Below the pieces are notes generated by a model, which was given only the letters and a program-made list of their open reading frames with translations, was not told the DNA's origin and searched no databases. Both the position numbers and the translations under genes were made by a program. A stretch of DNA of 64,000 bases from Escherichia coli. Lineage in GTDB: Bacteria; Pseudomonadota; Gammaproteobacteria; Enterobacterales; Enterobacteriaceae. Of the stretch, positions 59,784 through 64,000 are shown one piece after another. Position 1 is the stretch's first letter; every line of letters starts with the position of its first letter. The stretch lies in assembly GCF_016903815.1 (NCBI RefSeq), contig NZ_CP069973.1; one strand, given 5' to 3'.

Positions 59784-62700
59784 TTACTCGGCAGACATCT
59801 TATGCTCGGTAACCTTATTAATGGTTTCCGGCCCCTGTTCCGGTTTCGGCAGCTTGAGCGACGCGAGCGTGTTGTAAGCCGACTGGCTCACACCGCCCTC
59901 GAAGCTCATCTCGCTCGCCCCCGGCAGCTGGTAAGCATTCGCACCTGGATTCCATTTCTTAAAGAACTCCGAAAGATCCGTCTGGGCGACCCAGGAGGCG
60001 CACAGCATCAGCGTGTCGGCAGCGTTACCGTTTGACTCAGCACAGTAATTTCTTTCGCCAAACTTGGTTTTACCAACATCATCGCCGCGTGCTTTACGGT
60101 GCATCAACTGGAACAGGTTCCAGCCTTTCATCCCTTCACGATCGCTGTAGAACGCTGGCAGAGAGCCTTCTGGATACCATTTCTTGATATCAAAGTTTTT
60201 CTCTGCCCATTCCTTCAGTTGTGCGTACATCAGCAGACGGTCACCCGCACCGCCGCGCGCCCATGCCTGACCGTTGCTCTCGTCCAGATATTCCGGCGCG
60301 ACGGTAATGTCGTCAGCGACACGGTTCATCTTACCGAGATAGCGATCCTGCATGTACAGCGCCAGCACGTTGTTCGCCACTTCAGTTGCACCCGGTACGT
60401 TCAGCGGTGTTTCTGCAGCGTTATGACCGACTTCGTGCCAAATCAGCCAGTCGTTCAGCGGCGTCGTCGGCAGCGTGGTGCTGTTCGTCGAGAAGCTGCT
60501 GTTCATTACCGGGTAACCCGAGTGCGCATCACCGATGGAGATCTGCACATCGTTGGCGAAACGATGTTTATGCCCCGTCAATGCTTTATAGGTAAACATC
60601 CGGTGCTTACCGCTTTCGCCATCACGACCGTAGAAGTCATTCATCGAGCTGGCAAAGGTATCCAGATCGTTAGCGAATTCTGCTACACCACCAGTGAAAT
60701 TGCTGGCCTCAAGGTTCTTCTTCGGCGTGGTATAAACGAAAGCGTCTGATTCCAGCTCGCCCAGCGGCGCAGGGGAGTTCAGAGCGTTTTTCCATTCGCC
60801 GTCTTTATAGAACGGCGCTTTTACCACACCAGTAAAGGTGAATTCGGCTGACTCATTCTTTGGGCTGTTGCCCTTGATATAAATCAGACCACCGTAAGGC
60901 ACCTTGAAGGTCACCTTATCATTGGCTTTCAGATCATAGGTTTTCGTCACTTTTGGCGGACGGTTCAGCGCGACTTCATGCTTCTCGCGTCCGGTCAGAT
61001 CGTCGGCCAGCGCCACGGTGACAGTCACAGGAACTGATGCAGTAGACTCAATGGTGACCTCTTTCTGAGCCGGAGCCCACAGGCCAGTAGACTGCATGTT
61101 ACCCGCAAACCATTTGGTCGGGTTCGAGTACAGGCTGATGCTTTCAGTAACCTTCTCACCTTCTGCCGATACCGCTCCCGGATACTTCTCGACATCAACT
61201 TTGATGTTCAGATCCCACCAGGAACGACCCAGCATCAGGCGCGTCAGCGGTTTTTCCATATAGTTGAGCGGATAGCTTGGGTTCATCATGCCTGCTTTGC
61301 TGCTACCGTCACCGTAGATCATGTTGTTATCGACAAGCGATTTTTTCAGATCTGCAGAACACTGCGTGCCTTCGCTATAGGCATTGTTGGCGTAGCAGTT
61401 CAGGAACTCAGTGAACGTTTTAAAGCCCAGCTCGTCATCCTTGTCGTTTTCATAGCGATATTCAATTTTATTCCACAGCCAGACCGACATGTTCTGGTAC
61501 AGACGTTCCAGATCGACGCTGCTCAGACGCTCACCTTTGCGACCATTGGTCCGGAAGTAGAGCTCATGCTGATAAAGACGCTGAATATTGGTGCCTAAAT
61601 CCGCAGCCTGCACCATCGCTTTTGCCGTGTCGGCGTTAAGGCTTAGTTGCGTATACTGTGGAACATACATGCCACCAGTAACCGGAACCCCCGTGCCAGG
61701 ACGGTATTCCAGACAGTTGACCTCGTAGTGGTAGTCAGAATCCTTACACTCTTCCAGCCCAGGGAACGCGTCCAGAATTCTCTTCTTCGCCGCAGCCAGC
61801 AACTCAGGCGTTTTGTAGTCGGCTTCATCAATAAACGCGTATTGAGTTACTTGTTCACCATCAACCTCTTCTTGCCAACTGGCAACTTCCAGCTTCGGTT
61901 TCTTATCAGGTTTGTTATCAATCTGATATTTCCAGGTAACTTCGCCTGTCTCAGAATTAATGGTGTACGGCAGCGCACCTTCCACAACCGGATAACGTTC
62001 ATAAACCCAAATGCCATCCGCTCGGCGCTGGCGCTCGCGGTTCGGATAACCCTGCGGATCGTTATTCACCACCGACTTGTTCAGTGCCATTGACAGACCC
62101 GCGGCATCCAGCAGACGCACAAAGCCAGACGCGCTCTCTTCCTTAAGATTGCTCATCACGTTTTCCATGATCAGCACCGAACCGCCTTTGTTCAGATAGG
62201 CGATCAGATCGGTCACATCCTGCTGGCTCAGCTTCGGTTTGCTGGTATCTGCACGCAGCGGGATTGCATAAGGATCGTTACCCACCTGAGTCACATATTC
62301 AAAGCCGTTAAGGATCAGCAGCGGCATTTCCTGCGGATCGAGATCGCCATAGCTACTTAAATGCTCAACAGAGATGCCCGCAAAATCCGGATGGAAGTCG
62401 AACGCAGCGCTGTTTCCTGTAACCTGACCATGACGTTTAAAATAGACAGTATCCAGGTTGGTGCCTACGGTCATGCTGGCTTTCGCGTCCGGCTTCCATT
62501 TATCGTCGGACAGATAGCGCAGCACGTTCTCCATGAAGTTCTTCATGTCATCCGGGTCGCTGTTGAGCGTACACTGCCCATCTTTATTAACGCCCCCGTT
62601 CCAGCTGTAACCGTTCGGGCAACGCAAAATGCTGTTGTAGTGTGGGTTACCGATAACCATCAGTTTGCCCTCACCGACTTGCCCCAGCGAAATAAACGGC

Positions 62701-64000
62701 AGGTTAAAGGTGGCGGTATCGCGCGTAACGTTTTCCGGCTCAACAAGAGAAGGCGCTTCCGTAATGTACGCCAGCTCGTTTTTATCCCAGGCGCGTTTTT
62801 CGCCGAAGGCCAGCCAGTAGTTTTTATCATTACGCGCCATCAGAATCGGGAAGGCCGCGTTGGAGATATTCACCACCGCCTGACCGCGCGCATTACCCGT
62901 GCTGCCATAGAAGTTGGTGGAGTCATGGAATACATGGAACTTGCTGACAGATTTGTAGTTCGTATCCACGCCCCACAGCTTGTTGATAACGCCCTGAATC
63001 TGGCCGTCATTAACATTGCGCGTCGTCAGCGAGAACCAGCGAGCCTCGTTACAACCATCGGTTTTCGCACAAATCGCGGTATCGATCTCTTTGGCCTGAC
63101 CCGTATTAAACTGCTCAATAAATTCGTTAGGCAGATTAACGACTTGCTCACCTTCCCCCAGCGTCGCACCGTTGGATAACGAGAGATTGATAATCTCGTT
63201 GATCACGTTGGGATATTCGGCAAAGACCTTGCGTACATCGTCCGGAACAACACGGGTATTATTTTGCCCGGTCGTCGAATAGCGATGAATAAGCTGATCA
63301 ATATTCGCCCCGCGAACTTCATCACCCAGTTCAGTCAGCGCAATGGTCGACTTATTGCCGCGCACTGAACCCAGTTCAAAGGTATCGATACCAAAGGAGA
63401 TGGTTTCGCCCCAGCTAAAGGAAAATTCACCATTTTCCCCTGTCACGCCACGGCCTGAATTGGTGTAGTAGTTGACGCCAGCAACACCATATCCCTGGCT
63501 ATCGACCAGTCGACCTTCAGAGAGAATGATTTCAGTGGGTTGATACTGATAAAACTGTTCCGCGTTAGCCGACACGAAGGAAGCGTTCAGATCCGGTTTT
63601 GTTCCCGGCGTGGTGACGGGCACGACCGGTGAAGTATGAGTGGATGGCGCTTTATCGGTCGCAGCATTGTTTTCCACCTCTTCATTGACCAGCTTTTTGA
63701 ACTCTTCCGGTGCCAGATCGATTTGCTTATACAGCGAGTCGAAGCGTTTACTCTCGATCACCGAGGAGAACGTCAGACAAACCTGTTCTGTATTCGCCGG
63801 ACAGCTGTTACTGGACGTTACCAGCGAAACCGCATTGCTTTTCTTGTCATCGGAGCCCGCCAGTTCTTGCGCGTCCTCAAGGCTAAACGACACTTTTTCA
63901 ACCGCACGCAAGCTACGCGCAGCTTCTGACTGAGTGTTGAAGGTGGCAATTGTCGTGTTACCCGCCACGCAAGTAACGTCCTCGCCAGGTTTAAATGTAA
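59784..64000 (-). CDS. sslE: SslE/YghJ secreted M60-like zinc metalloprotease (mucinase), C-terminal ~1400 aa; N-terminus beyond the window
   Basis: The frame is open to the right edge. HEXXH motif in ..WLIWHEVGHNAAE... First gene of the yghJ-pppA-yghG-gsp operon. Confidence 0.92.
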   Translation of the reverse strand, partial: TFKPGEDVTCVAGNTTIATFNTQSEAARSLRAVEKVSFSLEDAQELAGSDDKKSNAVSLVTSSNSCPANTEQVCLTFSSVIESKRFDSLYKQIDLAPEEFKKLVNEEVENNAATDKAPSTHTSPVVPVTTPGTKPDLNASFVSANAEQFYQYQPTEIILSEGRLVDSQGYGVAGVNYYTNSGRGVTGENGEFSFSWGETISFGIDTFELGSVRGNKSTIALTELGDEVRGANIDQLIHRYSTTGQNNTRVVPDDVRKVFAEYPNVINEIINLSLSNGATLGEGEQVVNLPNEFIEQFNTGQAKEIDTAICAKTDGCNEARWFSLTTRNVNDGQIQGVINKLWGVDTNYKSVSKFHVFHDSTNFYGSTGNARGQAVVNISNAAFPILMARNDKNYWLAFGEKRAWDKNELAYITEAPSLVEPENVTRDTATFNLPFISLGQVGEGKLMVIGNPHYNSILRCPNGYSWNGGVNKDGQCTLNSDPDDMKNFMENVLRYLSDDKWKPDAKASMTVGTNLDTVYFKRHGQVTGNSAAFDFHPDFAGISVEHLSSYGDLDPQEMPLLILNGFEYVTQVGNDPYAIPLRADTSKPKLSQQDVTDLIAYLNKGGSVLIMENVMSNLKEESASGFVRLLDAAGLSMALNKSVVNNDPQGYPNRERQRRADGIWVYERYPVVEGALPYTINSETGEVTWKYQIDNKPDKKPKLEVASWQEEVDGEQVTQYAFIDEADYKTPELLAAAKKRILDAFPGLEECKDSDYHYEVNCLEYRPGTGVPVTGGMYVPQYTQLSLNADTAKAMVQAADLGTNIQRLYQHELYFRTNGRKGERLSSVDLERLYQNMSVWLWNKIEYRYENDKDDELGFKTFTEFLNCYANNAYSEGTQCSADLKKSLVDNNMIYGDGSSKAGMMNPSYPLNYMEKPLTRLMLGRSWWDLNIKVDVEKYPGAVSAEGEKVTESISLYSNPTKWFAGNMQSTGLWAPAQKEVTIESTASVPVTVTVALADDLTGREKHEVALNRPPKVTKTYDLKANDKVTFKVPYGGLIYIKGNSPKNESAEFTFTGVVKAPFYKDGEWKNALNSPAPLGELESDAFVYTTPKKNLEASNFTGGVAEFANDLDTFASSMNDFYGRDGESGKHRMFTYKALTGHKHRFANDVQISIGDAHSGYPVMNSSFSTNSTTLPTTPLNDWLIWHEVGHNAAETPLNVPGATEVANNVLALYMQDRYLGKMNRVADDITVAPEYLDESNGQAWARGGAGDRLLMYAQLKEWAEKNFDIKKWYPEGSLPAFYSDREGMKGWNLFQLMHRKARGDDVGKTKFGERNYCAESNGNAADTLMLCASWVAQTDLSEFFKKWNPGANAYQLPGASEMSFEGGVSQSAYNTLASLKLPKPEQGPETINKVTEHKMSAE

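Noticed and set aside
60099-63933. Plus-strand ORFs inside sslE (60099..60749, 61647..62093, 62361..63179, 63636..63933)
   Set aside because: They are antisense to a continuous frame of more than 1390 codons carrying an HEXXH protease motif, with no independent support.

Overview
This window looks like an Escherichia coli chromosome segment in three blocks. (1) 1..30259 is the right-hand part of a composite, IS-scarred genomic island. It ends at a 22-nt copy of the tRNA-Phe (pheV-type) 3' end, followed by the tRNA terminator. Cargo, left to right: a sucrose regulon (scrK-scrY-scrA'); a 1065-codon NERD + tandem kinase-like ORF cut at its 3' end by an intact IS629; a run of nested truncations (P4-type integrase, IS3-family, IS66-family); type VI secretion remnants (tssF, tssG'); an AlpA gene; four paralogous Inovirus-Gp2/YagK-YfjJ Rep-like genes; an orphan TIR-domain gene inside about 3.5 kb of ORF-poor AT-rich DNA; an iteron-like repeat array; three genes of unknown function; and a CP4-type module (yeeP-like GTPase, YafZ/YfjQ, antirestriction, RadC-like, DUF987, CbeA/CbtA toxin-antitoxin, YeeW-like, DUF4942). 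(2) 30.4..46.9 kb is a group 2 capsule (kps) locus: an IS110-family fragment, kpsFEDUCS, a low-GC serotype-specific region 2 (TagD-like, GT29 sialyltransferase-like, TagF-like, alpha/beta-hydrolase-TPR and a secreted protein), then kpsT, kpsM and a JUMPStart/ops leader. (3) 47.8..64 kb is the complete T2SS-beta operon on the minus strand (sslE/yghJ partial, pppA, yghG, gspC-M). The items I consider most worth follow-up are the NERD-kinase giant ORF, the orphan TIR gene, the Rep-like/iteron association, and the eukaryote-type GT29 motifs in a capsule locus that has no neu genes. No CRISPR array, rRNA or intact tRNA gene was seen. All calls rest on reading the sequence and ORF translations by eye; no database search was possible.
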